From: Felis catus
Taxonomy: Eukaryota
Assembly (NCBI RefSeq): GCF_018350175.1
Contig: NC_058368.1
Location: 62,684,001 to 62,748,000 of the forward strand
Length of the DNA stretch: 64,000 nucleotides
Direction of reading: 5' to 3'
Part shown: piece by piece, positions 26,505 through 38,542 of the stretch
How the letters are laid out: every line of letters begins with the position of its first letter
Numbering within the stretch: position 1 is the first letter of the stretch
Program-made: the position numbers and the translations under genes
Notes under the pieces: generated by a model
The model's database searches: none
Told to the model about the DNA's origin: nothing
What the model saw: only the letters and a program-made list of their open reading frames with translations

Positions 26505-29500
26505 AAGTTTTATAAGTTCTTTACGTATTTTGTATACTATCCCTTTATCAGATATGTCAGATATGTGATTTGCAAATATCTTCTCACATTCAATAGACTG
26601 TCTTTTGATTTTGTTGGCTGTTTCTTTTGCTATGCAGAAGTTTTTTATTTTGATGTAGTCCCAATAGTTCATTCTTGTTTTTGTTTCCCTTGCCTTAGGG
26701 GACCTATCTAGAAAAATAGTGCTATGGCCAATGTCAGAGAAACTACTGCCTGTGCTCTCTTCTAGAATTTTTATAGTTTTAGGTCTCACATTTAGATCTT
26801 TAATCCATTTTGAATTTATTTTTGTGTATGGTGGAAAAAAGTGGTCCAATTTCATTCTTTTGTATATTGCTGTCCAGTTTGCTCAACAAAAATTTTTGAA
26901 GAAATTGTCTCCTTTGTCAAAGATTAATTGACCATATAATCATGGGTTTGTTTCTGTGTCTCTGTTCTGTACTATTGATCTCTGTGTCTATTTTGTGACA
27001 ATATATACTGTTTTAATTACTACAGCTTTGTACTATATCTTGAAAACGGAGATTGTGATACCCCCAGCTTTGTTTTTTCTTTTTCAATTGTTTTGGTTAT
27101 TTGGGATCTTTTGTGGTACCATGCAAATTTTAGGATTGTTTGTTCCAGTTCTATGATAAATGCTGTTGGTATTTTGATAGGGACTTCATTAAATCTGTAG
27201 ATTTCTTTGGATAGTATAGACATTTTAACAATATTTTTTCTTCCAATCCATTAGCATGGAGTATTTTTCCATATGCTTGTGTCATCTTCAACTTCTTTCA
27301 TCCATGGTTTATATTTTTTGGATTACAGATCTTTAAGTTTATTCCCAGGTATTTTATTATTTTTGGTACAATTATAAGTGTGACTGTTTTCTTAATTTCT
27401 CTTTCTGATATTTCATTATTAGTGTATAGAAATGAAATGGATTTTGTATACTGATTTTGTATCTTGTGACACCACTGAATTCATTTATCAGTTCTGGTAC
27501 TTTTTTGGTGGAGTCTTTAAGTTTTCTATCTATGGAATCATGTCATCTACAAATAGTGAGAGTTTTAATTCTTCCTTACCAATTTGGATGCTTTTTATTT
27601 CTTTTTGTTGTCAGATTGCTGTGATTAGGACTTCCAGTACTATGTTGAATAAAAGTGGTGAAAGTGGACATCCTTGTCTTATTCCTGACCTTGTGGGGAA
27701 GCTCTCAGTTTTTCACCACTGTTTATGATGTTAGCTATGGGTTTTTAATATATGGCTATCATTATATTGAGGTATATTCCCTCTAAATCTACTTTTTTGA
27801 GAGTGACTATCATGAATGAATGTTGAAATTTATAAAATGTTTTTCTACCTCTAGTGAAATGATCATATGGTTTTTATACTTTCTCTTACTGATGTGATGT
27901 GTTGATTGAGTTGTAAATATTGAACCACACTTGCATCCCATGAATAAATCCCATTTGATCATGGTAAGTGATTTTGTTAATGTGTTTTTGGATTAAATTT
28001 GCCAATGTTTTGTTGAGGGTTTTTGCATATATGTTCATGAGAGATATTGGCCTATAATTCTCTTTTTTATGTGTGTAGTGTCTTTATCTAGTTTTGGTAT
28101 CAGGGTAATGCTGGCTTCATAAAATGAATTTGGAAGTTTTCTTCCTTTCTGTTTTTGAGGATATTTTGAGAACAATGTGTATTAACCCTTTAATCTGTGA
28201 AGCCATCTGGTCCTGGACTTTTGTTTTCAGGGAGTTTTTTATTATTAATTAAAGTTCATTGCTGATAATCAGTCTGGTCAATTTTTTTTTTATTTCTTCC
28301 CAATTCCATTTTGGGAGTTGATATTTTTCTAGAATTTATCCATTTCTTCTAGGTTGTCCAATATGTTGGCATATAATTTTCATAATATCTCTTATAATCT
28401 TTTGTATTTCTGTGGTACATTTATTTCTCCTCTTTAATTTCTAATTTTGTTTATATGTGTCCTCCTTTTTTATTTCTGATGAGTCTTGCTAAAGGTGTGT
28501 CAATTTTGTTGACCTTTTCAAAGAGCCAGATAATGGTTTCATTTATCTGTTATTTTTTTGTTGTTTAATTTCTATTTTGTTTATTTCAGCTCTAATCATT
28601 ATTATTTCCTCTGTTTACTGGTTTTTGGTTTGTTTGTTCATTTTCTAGCTCCTTTAGTTGTTTATCTGAGATTTTACTCACTTTGTGATGTAGGCCTGTA
28701 TTGCTGCATCCCAAAGATTTTGGACCATTGTGTTTCATTTGTCTCCTTGTATTTTTAACTTACTCTTTGATTTCTTGGTTGAACCACTTATTGTTTAGTG
28801 ACATGTTTTTTAAACTCCATGTATTTGTGTTCTTTTCATATTTTTCTTATAGTTGATTTCTACTTTCAGAGCACTGTGGTTGGAAAAGATGTATGGTATG
28901 ACTTTGATCTTTTTGAATTTGTTGAGACTTGTTTTATGTCCTGATATGTGATCTATTCTGCAGAATATTCCATGTGTACTTGAAAAGAATATGTATTATG
29001 CTGTTCTAGGATGGAAAGCTCTGGATATATCTGCTAAATTCATCTGGTCTGGTGTGCCATTCAAAGCCATTGTTTCCTTGTGATTTTCTATTTGAAGATC
29101 TATCCACTGATGTCAGTGGGGTATCAAAGTCCCCTACTATTATTGAATTACTATCAATTACTACCTTTATATTTATTAGCTGATTTATATATTTGGGTTC
29201 TCCCAGGTTGGATGCATAAATATTTGCAATTATTATATCTTCTTGTTGAATTCTTCCCTTTGTGGTTATATACGGTCCTTTTTGGTCCCTTGTTATGGTC
29301 TGTTTTAAAATCTATTTTGTCCAATAAAAGTATTGCTAACCTGGCTTTCTTTAAACTTCCATCTACATGATAAATGCTTTTCCAGCCTTTATATTCAATC
29401 TCCATGTGTCTTTAGCTCTAAACTGAGTCTCTTGTAGGCAGCATATAGGTGCATTTTTTTTTTTTATCCATCCCATCACGTTATGTCTTTTGATTGGAGC

Positions 29501-32185
29501 ATTTAGTCCTTTTTGCATTCAAAGTAATTATTGATAGATATATACCTATTGCCATTTTGTTACTTGTTTTATGGTTGCTTTTGTATATTTGTCTGTTCCT
29601 TACTCCTCTTTTCTCTCATGGTTTGTTGGCTTTGTTTGGTGATATACTTGCATTCCTTTCTCTTTCTTATTTGTATATCTATTACTGGTTTTTGATTTGT
29701 GGTTACCATTAGGTTTGTATACAACATCTTCTGCATATAGTAGTTTATATTAAGTTGATAATTGCTTAAATTTGAACCCATTCTTTATATCTCTCCCCCC
29801 AACATTTTAGGTATATGGTATCATACTCTACAACCTTTTATTCTGTGAGTCTCTTGACTGATTTTTATAGATATACTTATTTTTACTATTTCTGTGCTTC
29901 CTACTTTTCTTATTCCTACTTATGGTCTTTCCTTTCCACTCAAAGAATCCTCTTTATCATTTCTTATAGGTGTGGTTTAGTGCTAATGAATTCCTTTAAC
30001 TTCTTTTGTTGGGGAAATTCTTTATCTCTCCTCTTATTCTGAATGATAGACTCACTGGATAGAGTATGCTTAGCTATAGTTTTTTTGTTTTTCCATTCAG
30101 CACTTTGAATATATCATGCCACTCCCTTCTGGCCCATAAAGTTTCAGCTGAAAAATTTCCTGACAACCTTATGGCATTTCCCTTGTATATAACTATTTCT
30201 TTTCTCTTGCTGCTTTTAAAATTCTCTCTTTATCATTACTTTTTGCCATTTTAATTACTATAAGTCTTGGTGTAGACCCCCTTGAGTTGATTTTTTGGAA
30301 GATTTCTGTGCCTCCTGGATCTGGATTTATGTTTTATTCTCTAGATTGGGGAAGTTTTCAGCTATTATTTCTTCAAATAAATTTTCTGCCCTCTTTTGAC
30401 TCTCTTCTCTTTCTGGGATCTCTATAATACAAGTGTTATTAGGCTTAATGGTGTCACTCATTTCCCTAAGTTTATTTTCATTTTTTTTATTATTTTTTTT
30501 CTCTCTTTGTTCAGCTGGATTGCTTTCCACTACTCTGTCCTCCAGGTTGCTGATCTGTTCTTCTACTTCCTCTACTTTATTTCATCTAGTGTATTACTAA
30601 TTTTAGTTATCAAATTCTTCTCTAATTGATTTTTTTATGTTTTCTATCTCTTTTAAGGGCTTCACTGAGTTCCTCCACTAGTTTTAAGTCCAGTGAGTAT
30701 CTTTATATGACCATTAGCTTAAATTCTTTGTTAGGCATATTACTTATGTCTGTTTCATTTAGATCTCTTGCTGTGATATTGTCCTGTTCTTTCATTTGGG
30801 ACATACTCCTCTATCTCCTCATTTTGTCTGACTTTCAGTGTCTGTTTCTATGTGTTAGGAAAGTCAGTTATATGTCCTCTTTTTGAAAGTAGTAGCCTTA
30901 TGATGCAAAGGTCCTACAGTGCAATGTTCCTACAGTGCAACGTTCCCTATTCTCCAGAACCTGCTGCTTCAGTGATGTCTCCTCTCCTCTGTGGGTTGCA
31001 TGTGCCCTGCTGTTGTGGCTGAGCTGTATTTTTCTTCAGTCCAGTTGTCTGCAATGGTTCTCTTTGTCTATTTTGGGCAGGGTTTGGTCCCTGTGTTGTT
31101 AAGAGCCAGTCTGGGGCTGCCTTGTATTTGAGTTGAGACACACCAGACATTTGTCAAAAAAGTAGTAGCACTGAATTGCAAGGTATTTTCCTTGTTTTAT
31201 TGCCTGAGAAGCTCAGACCAGATGTCTGCTCCCAGCCCTCTGTTAGGTCCAAGTCAGACTGGTGTGTGTGGTTATCATTCTTTCTCCCAAAGGCAGGAGT
31301 CACTTTGGAGTTGTGCAGGCTCCTGTTGGGGCTGATTGCTTACACACTGCCAGCCTTATGACACCTCTTTGGGTGGGCTCTGACCAAGAGTATTGTAGGA
31401 GGTAGAATTCAGAGGCAGGGTGGGGAGTGTTATCAAGGTTTCTGTGGGTCTGTTGTGAGAGAAGAACTGAAACCCAGGCCTGATTGGAGAAGCCATGTCT
31501 GCAAGGAAACATGGGTGTGGAATGCACTGTTAGCAAGTTAGGTAGTGAATTTTTGGGCCACATTGGTTCCTGCAGGTGTCCATGTGTCTATTATGGAGGG
31601 TCGTGGAGAGAAATGATGCCCACCAGCTCCTTTGCTCCTGAAGAAGTCACCCAAGGTTCCCTGCCTCCTCAGCACAAGCTCTGAGATTAGTAAACAAAAA
31701 TACCTCCTGTATACTCCAGGTGTTTTTCAACCACTGTCTCTATGTTGTATCTCCACAGGACTGTTTTTTGTCCTTCCTAAGGGTGGGGACTCAGTTTCCT
31801 CTCCTCCTGGCTTTCCTAGAGCTAATCCTGCTGATGTTTAAAGTTCCGGGTGTTAAGTCCCACTGATTATAAGAATTCAAGAAATTCAACCTCTCATATT
31901 TTCAAAGCTAAATGGTATGGGGATTCATCTCCCCTGTGTGGGGTCCCTGGTGTGATAGTCTGTTTCTCTCCCGTATCCATGCCTGCAGAGTCCCTTTGTA
32001 TTGCAGACAGTTTCATGGGTCCTTTAGCTACTGACTGCATCTCTGCCCTTCCTATCCTCTTTGATGTCACTTCTTCTCACATTTACTGTGGAGAGTCTGT
32101 TCTGCCAGTCTTTGGGTCATTTTCTGGGTTATTTACACTGATGTGAGTGTTATCTAGTTGTATCTGTGGATGACGTGATACCTAA
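26505..32185 (-). mobile_element. Near-full-length carnivore L1 (5'UTR, ORF1, ORF2), 3' end missing, inactivated
   Basis: ORF1p fragment 30327-30530 (IIEIPEREE..ENLFEEIIAENFPNL); endonuclease 29154-29405 (KGWKSIYH..AILLLDKIDFK); RT LFVDD near 27550; ORF2 C-terminal region 26490-26855; 5' motif CACAGATACAACTAGATAACAC on minus near 32165. Confidence 0.93.
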
Positions 32186-32194
32186 CTCTCAACC

Positions 32195-32251
32195 AAAAAA
32201 GGTTGCATTTCCACAAATTGTTTTGGTATAATTAGAATTCCACACTAATGC

Positions 32252-32287
<36 letters not shown>

Positions 32288-32490
32288 AATAACCTTCATC
32301 CATATCTGGCATCATACTAAAAATTAACTCAGAAATTAATTATAGGCCTGAATGTGATATACCATAAAGCTTGAAGAATTCAGAACAATATCTTTGTGAC
32401 TTTGGGTTAAGGTAATATCTCTTCAGTATGACATTAAAAATATGATACATAAAATAAAAAATGGTAAATTGGACTTCATCAAAATTAAGT
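32195..32490 (+). mobile_element. Ancient L1 ORF2 remnant (probable continuation of 25740-26362)
   Basis: CATCATACTAAAAATTAACTCAGAA..ATCTTTGTGACTTTGGGTTAAGG..TAAATTGGACTTCATCAAAATTAA. Confidence 0.75.
32251..32292. repeat. (AAC)n/(AAT)n microsatellite
   Basis: Seen directly. Confidence 0.95.
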
Positions 32491-32611
32491 CAACTTATTA
32501 GCAACATTAATTCCTTCTGTAGGATCTCTTCTGTCACTTAAGAAAACATAATCATAGGCTCAAGGAATGGGAGTGTCAATAGCTTTGGAGGACCATTTTA
32601 TAGTTTACTAC

Positions 32612-33100
32612 AAATCTCAAATCAATTATGCTAAATTTGGAAAATGAGAGTCACAGGCTACATACTGTATCACTCTGATTATGTGACATTGTCTATGAGG
32701 TCAAATAGTAGTACTGAAAGCAGGTTAGCAATTTCTAGGGTTAAGAGTAGGCAGAAGAAATTGGCAACAAAGAACCACAGAAGAATTTTTGGTACTGATG
32801 GAACTATTCTATATCTTTTTTTTTAATTATTTATTTTGAGAGAGAGAGAGGGCAGAGGAGGGGCAGAAAAAGAGAGAGGCAGAGTCCAAAGCAGGGGTTC
32901 AATCCCATGGACCATGAGATCATGACCTAAGATGAAATCAAGTGTGGTTGCTTAACTGACTGTGCCACCCAGGTGCCCTGAAACTGTTCTGTATCTTGAT
33001 TAGAGTGGTGGTTTCACTTAATAGCATTTGTTAATTTTTGCAGAGCTATATACTAAAAATTATGAACTTTAGTGTATATTAATTATAACTTAAAAATAAA
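32612..33100 (+). mobile_element. Old L1 3'UTR (L1MC/L1ME-like), split by a SINE
   Basis: AATCTCAAATCAATTATGCTAA..TACATACTGTAT..GATGGAACTATTCTATATCTT..GTGGTGGTTTCAC..GAACTTTAGTGTATATTAATTATA. Confidence 0.75.
32818..32978 (-). mobile_element. Can-SINE, internally deleted
   Basis: GAGATCATGACC..GCCACCCAGGTGCCC; degenerate TSD AACT(A/G)TTCT(A/G)TATCTT on both sides. Confidence 0.9.
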
Positions 33101-33203
33101 GGGAAACATGAAAATAAGGGATTACAGAGAATTAGTTTCCTGTGCAAGTTATTGTCATATGTAGAAGTAAATTTAATATTTATTAAAAATAAATACACTC
33201 TGT

Positions 33204-33393
33204 GGAGTGCCTGGGTGGTTCAGTTAATTATCCATCTTGAATCTTGATTTCGGCTCAGGTCATCATCTCACAGCTCATTAGCTCAAGCCCCACTTTGAGC
33301 TCTGCACTACAGTGCAGAGCCTGCTTGAGATTCTCTCTCTCTCTCTGCCCCTAAACCCCCTTTATCTCAAAATAAATAAATAAACTTTAAAAA
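33204..33393 (+). mobile_element. Can-SINE
   Basis: GGAGTGCCTGGGTGGTTCAG..GGCTCAGGTCATCATCTCAC..CT tract..AATAAATAAA. Confidence 0.93.
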
Positions 33394-34344
33394 TGCATTA
33401 TAGTAAAAATAAGATAAAATAAAAGCAAAAATGACTTTAAAAAGTAGGAATGACATATCATCAGGATCTTCTCAACTTTAATATCTATGTGGGGTCTTCA
33501 ACAAGATGTCTTGAGATGGTTCTTTAGAATAGTACAGTCCTTAATCCTTACCTACTGCTTAGTAGCTCAAAATTTTGAGACACAGGAAGAACCTTGTATA
33601 ATTTTTTCACTGATACTCTTTTTAACCTCTTATGCAAAGCTGTCAATTAATTAAAAATTATAGGATATTCATGCCAGCTAACCCATCTTTTTCCGTAAAA
33701 ATTGCCTTGGACAACATTCCATCGTGTGCCACTATCCAATTTAATATGATAGGCTTTCACAATTTTCTAAGCTGAGTTATAATAATAGATGTGGCTTTGG
33801 CATTTTAATTATTTTTGTATTTTCAATAGTTTCTTAATACCAATAAATTTATTATAATACAAGGATCAGCACAGTTATATATTACCAGTGGAGACAGACT
33901 GAGCATACAATGTCAATTTGATTAAAGTAATAGCACTAGCACCTAAAATGCCCTTATGGATTTTCTCAGTACTCTCTTTCCTTTTAATTCTTTCCTGGAA
34001 TTTAGAAAGTATAATTTGTTCTCATTGTTTAAATTGTGAAGAAATAAATCTCATAATTATACAAATTCTTTTCCTTCCATTTACTATGCCTCACATGCTC
34101 CACAGGAAGTAGTACACACAGAAGTCATTGCCAGTAGAAATAAAAACCATTTTGAACTCCACTTGTTTTTATTAGACTCTACTAATTTACTCCAAAGAAA
34201 GGGCAAGCAATTTTCATTACCTTTTCAGAAAAGTAGTATAATTCCATATATCATTCATTTAATTTTAATTTTATTTATATATGACCACTTAAATGCATAT
34301 CTTTCCAAATGACAGTTAGATCTTGTGGTTGTGTTTGAACCATA

Positions 34345-34620
34345 TTACCTTGAATGAGAGATGGTGAGGCCAGATGAAGATCAAGATGGAGGAAATAAAG
34401 AGTTTTACAGTTTTGTTATACTCACCGTTTCCTGAGGAGAGCATAGTATGCCACACAGGGCCACTCAGAAAAGCATGTGATCAGTCAGGAGGCAGTGAAA
34501 ATAAAGCTGTGGGCAAGCACCTTGATTGTGGTTTCCACAGGAAGGAAGGATGAGGCGGGTTAAGGGAGTTTATGACTGGCTGGCTATGTTTGAAGGCAGC
34601 ATCCCTGGAAACTTTATGTT
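34345..34620 (-). mobile_element. MER74-like ERVL LTR fragment
   Basis: ATGCCACACAGGGCCAC..AGTCAGGAGGCAG..GTGGGCAAGCACCTTGATTGTGGTTTCCACAGGAAGGAA matches the recalled MER74 pattern. Confidence 0.6.
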
Positions 34621-34758
34621 TACTGTGACCATTAGAGTCTGTTGTTTGGGACTATCTAGTCTCCAGATGTTTTGGGTGAGTCAAGATTTACTTGGGAAGA
34701 GCTCTTTTATAGATGTGAAAGCTTCCATTTACAGAAATTAAAACTAAGCTTAATATAT

Positions 34759-34984
34759 GTACATATTTTTAATTTTGTTAATGTTTATTTATTACTGAGA
34801 GACAGAGAGACACAGGGTGTGAGCAGGGGAGGGGGCAGAGAGGGGGGAGACACAGAATCCGAAGCAGGCTCCAGGCTCTGAGCTGTCAGCACAGAGCCTG
34901 ACGCGGGGCTGGAACTCACAAACTGCAAGATCATGACCTGAGCCAAAGTTGGTCGCCTAACCAACTGAGCCACCCAGGTGCCCC
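34759..34984 (-). mobile_element. Young Can-SINE (SINEC_Fc)
   Basis: Near-consensus body with CpGs retained; perfect 19-bp TSD AAAACTAAGCTTAATATAT at 34740-34758 and 34986-35004. Confidence 0.97.
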
Positions 34985-36670
34985 GAAAACTAAGCTTAAT
35001 ATATTAAGCCCATAAGAAAATGTAAAAAAAGATAAGATCATATTTGGATGATTATATATACATTGTACTTTAGTAAATTCAATAATAAAAGATGAATTTC
35101 TATATTTCTTCCTTTTTTATTTCCTCAATGATTTTTATATTATAATGCTGATGTTCTAGTATAAGCAACATACATGAATAATAGCTGTGTATTTTGTGTT
35201 TATGTTTTAATATTAATATTTGCATCCAAATAAAAATCTCTAAGTGAATAGATAACATTAGAATGTACAATGTCTAAGACTATCCTGTCTGAAAAAAAAT
35301 TAAAACTTTATAATAGAACTCATCGATATAAATGCATGCTGCCTGATATCTTAAAAATCATTAATCTAAATGTATCAGATCTTGACCAAAGTAAAACAAG
35401 CAGCCATACCAATATGAATATTTGGCTTATAGACTTTTAAATTAAAAATTAACATTTCCAACATAATCTTTATAATTGAATACTTGAATCCTATCCAACA
35501 CAACAATAAGAATAAAAGGCAATAAACACATAATGTGGACAATCTCATTATTGAGAAATCATTCATTATATAATGTAAATTATTCAAGAATTTTCTGAAC
35601 AGTTTTCAAGAGTGGATTGGGAACAAACAGAATTATAATATCTGTCGAATATACTTATCCATGAACTTTACTAACTTCATTTCTTATAGGTTTCATTTTT
35701 TAGCATCCAATATGCAGTTAGTCAAATTTTTCAGAAAGGCTGAATAGAATACAATTGGACAACGCTAAAGACAAAGCTAATGTTTGTATAGCCCTTCCTG
35801 TTCCCTCTCCATTTATACACATAGAAGCACCGACTACCTTTGGAAGTCACTTTAAACAATCACAGAAACCAGCCTGACTCCCTTCCACCACCCCTCCTTC
35901 CTTTCCAAAGCTTCCATATTACTTCTTCACCACTTCCCATCCTCTCCACACACAATGTTTCTATGCACAGGGCCTTTTTTGTAGATAATAAATTGTGAGA
36001 CTATCCCCCCAAGTATCTCATCCACAGGTTTGGTGTCACTCTATTGCTTTAACTCAAATGAAATATATTCCCTGGAAGAGGCAACCTCTGTAAATCCAAT
36101 GCAATCATTACAAGATTTATAGGGAATAAACTCTTGGATGGCACTAAAGACAAGCTATCTTCACAACTAGGATTGAAGATAGATAAAAGAAGAGCTGGAA
36201 CAGAGATGGAAGAGACTGAAGAAAGTGTGATGTTCTCTCAGTGGTAACAAGAAGTAAGAATCAGTTGGGTGAAAGTTGAGTATATAGAAATGAGAGGAGA
36301 GCTTTCTCATTTTTCAGAGTATTGCAAATATCCTTTTCCCCGTTCAGAGCAGAAATTTCTCTGAGTCTACACTGACAACACATTATGGTCAGTGAACTAC
36401 TGATACTGGAAAGTAACTGCTCTCATTTGTACAATTATAAGATCCAGAAATAGACAGTGCTACCCTAGGATCCAGAACCAGAGACAGGAAGCTAAAATGC
36501 AATCTGACTTGGACTGAGACTACTAATACCTTTGCCCTCTCCACTCAAGATTGGCCAATATTTGGTGAGCGAAGCCTGTGGTTACTCCCACAATTGTACG
36601 AAAATTTTACTAAAAAATTCTTAAAATATACTGCTATGTGAAGGCTAAGGTGAACTCGTAATAAACTACA

Positions 36671-36812
36671 TTTTTTTTTTTAATTTTTTAAGCAGGCTCC
36701 AGGCTCTGAGCTGTCAACACAGAGCCTGACACGGGGCTCAAATCCACAAACTGTGAGATCATGACCTAAGCCGAAGTCAGACGCTTAACCAAATGAGCCA
36801 CTCAGGCACCCC
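36671..36812 (-). mobile_element. Short Can-SINE lacking the CT-rich segment
   Basis: Poly-T tract directly abuts AAGCAGGCTCCAGGCTCTGAG; AACTACATTT repeated at 36664-36673 and 36821-36830. Confidence 0.92.
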
Positions 36813-38175
36813 AGTAGACTAACTACATTTAACATGACTTTACTAGAGGCTATAAAAGTGGAAAGAATGACCAAAGGACTGAGATCTTAATAAATATCAT
36901 GGTGAGGGGAAGCTAAGGCAACATTCTGGCAATCAAATGGCATGACTAAAGGTACGCAATGGAGCGACTGGGCAGGGGCGCAAGGTGAAAGATACCAGAG
37001 GGATCAAATTAGGAAGCTTTCGATCAAAACTAGAAGTTTGTGAGCAGCATCTTGGCTGTGGAGTGGTGGTGCATTCTGCAGGTTTCATGATACCCAGATG
37101 GACATAGAACATGTAGCAACATGAGCATTAAGGAGGCTTGCTATAGAAGCAAGGGCTCACAGATAAAAGCATTGTCCATATATTCAGGCATGCCTCACAT
37201 GTTAAACACTCACACACATAAAATACCTTGAAAGCTTGATATTAGGGTGAATGGGAAGTGAATTTGCAATTTTGTTCCTCTCAAAGAAATGTTCACACAT
37301 TCTTTCAGGCTAGGCTGCTGCCTAAGCAGATTCCCTCCTCGGCACAAGGACAGGTAACAAAGACCTCAGAGAAGCTTTACTTCTTCTACAATTCCTTACG
37401 AGAATGCCAATGTTCTAGACAAACACACCACATCTGGAGGTTTACAGGCTTGGGCATTCTGAGGACCAGCACAAGATCTCGTGGAGAGCAGAGAGTGCCT
37501 CCCCACAGCTAGGGCATGTGTTACCCCCAGATCCTCCTCAGAAGAGGTGTTTCGGCACAGAGTGACCAGAAGTGCCACACACACCTAGTTTCATCAGATT
37601 CTGTCTCTAATCCCTCACACTCCAAGGGCAATAAAAAACAGTCCAAGAGATAAGTGTAAGCAAATGTCATGCCACTGTCCTTCTTGTAAAAGATAACACA
37701 TCTAAACTGAAATATTTATGATATTGTGAGACTTTCAGTAATTTATAGATTTATTAAGGATTTTTAAATACTAATAGCTATGGCAGCACTGCATGGAAAT
37801 AATGAGAATGAAAAAATCTAAACATAAAAAAATCATGGTTCAAATTCCTGTTAAATTAATATACTTTAATTTTAAGTAATTTGAATTGGGATCCCTAGCC
37901 AATATGTTGTAAGTGGACTTGGTTCCCCCTCATGAAGTGAGCTCTAAAACTATTTCTCTCCCTTTGGTGCCCCTATTGCTTTTGTTAAGGAACTTGCTTT
38001 TTCTCATTTTGAATCTTATCTCTTTACCCATCAAATTGTTTGACTTTGCAGAATCTTCTGTTTCCCCTCCCTGACATTTTTGGCATTTCTGATCTCAGGA
38101 ATGGGCCAGAAGTTTCTCAAGTGGTTCATGTGAGATCAGGAAAGGACAAGGTATGTTTCAAACATGTAGCCTAAG

Positions 38176-38178
<3 letters not shown>

Positions 38179-38216
<38 letters not shown>

Positions 38217-38259
38217 CCCAACTTTAAAAAAGCTTTTTTTTTTTTTTTTTTTTTTTTTT
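38179..38259. repeat. (CA)n microsatellite followed by a poly-T run
   Basis: Seen directly. Confidence 0.95.
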
Positions 38260-38311
38260 GCCATTTTTAATACTTTATATGGTACATCCACTGGACCCTT
38301 TCATTGATCTG

Positions 38312-38542
38312 TTTTTCTTTTCTTTCTTTCTTTCTTTCTTTTTTTTTTTTTTTAGTTTTTATTTATTAATTTATTTATTTTGATGGGGGCGGGGCAGAGA
38401 GAGAGGAAGAGAGAGAATCCCAAGCAGGCTCTGCACTGTCAGCTCAGAGCTTGACTGGAGGTCAAACCCACACACTTGAGATCATGATCTGATCTGAAAT
38501 CAAGAGTTAGATGCTTAATGAACTGAGCCATGCGGGTGCCTC
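38312..38542 (-). mobile_element. Can-SINE
   Basis: Body motifs; (TTTC)n/poly-T tail; TSD CTTTCATTGATCTG at 38298-38311 and 38549-38562. Confidence 0.94.

Noticed and set aside
26490..30530. Minus-strand L1 as a retrotransposition-competent element
   Set aside because: ORF1 and ORF2 are fragmented into short ORFs and the 3' end is missing.
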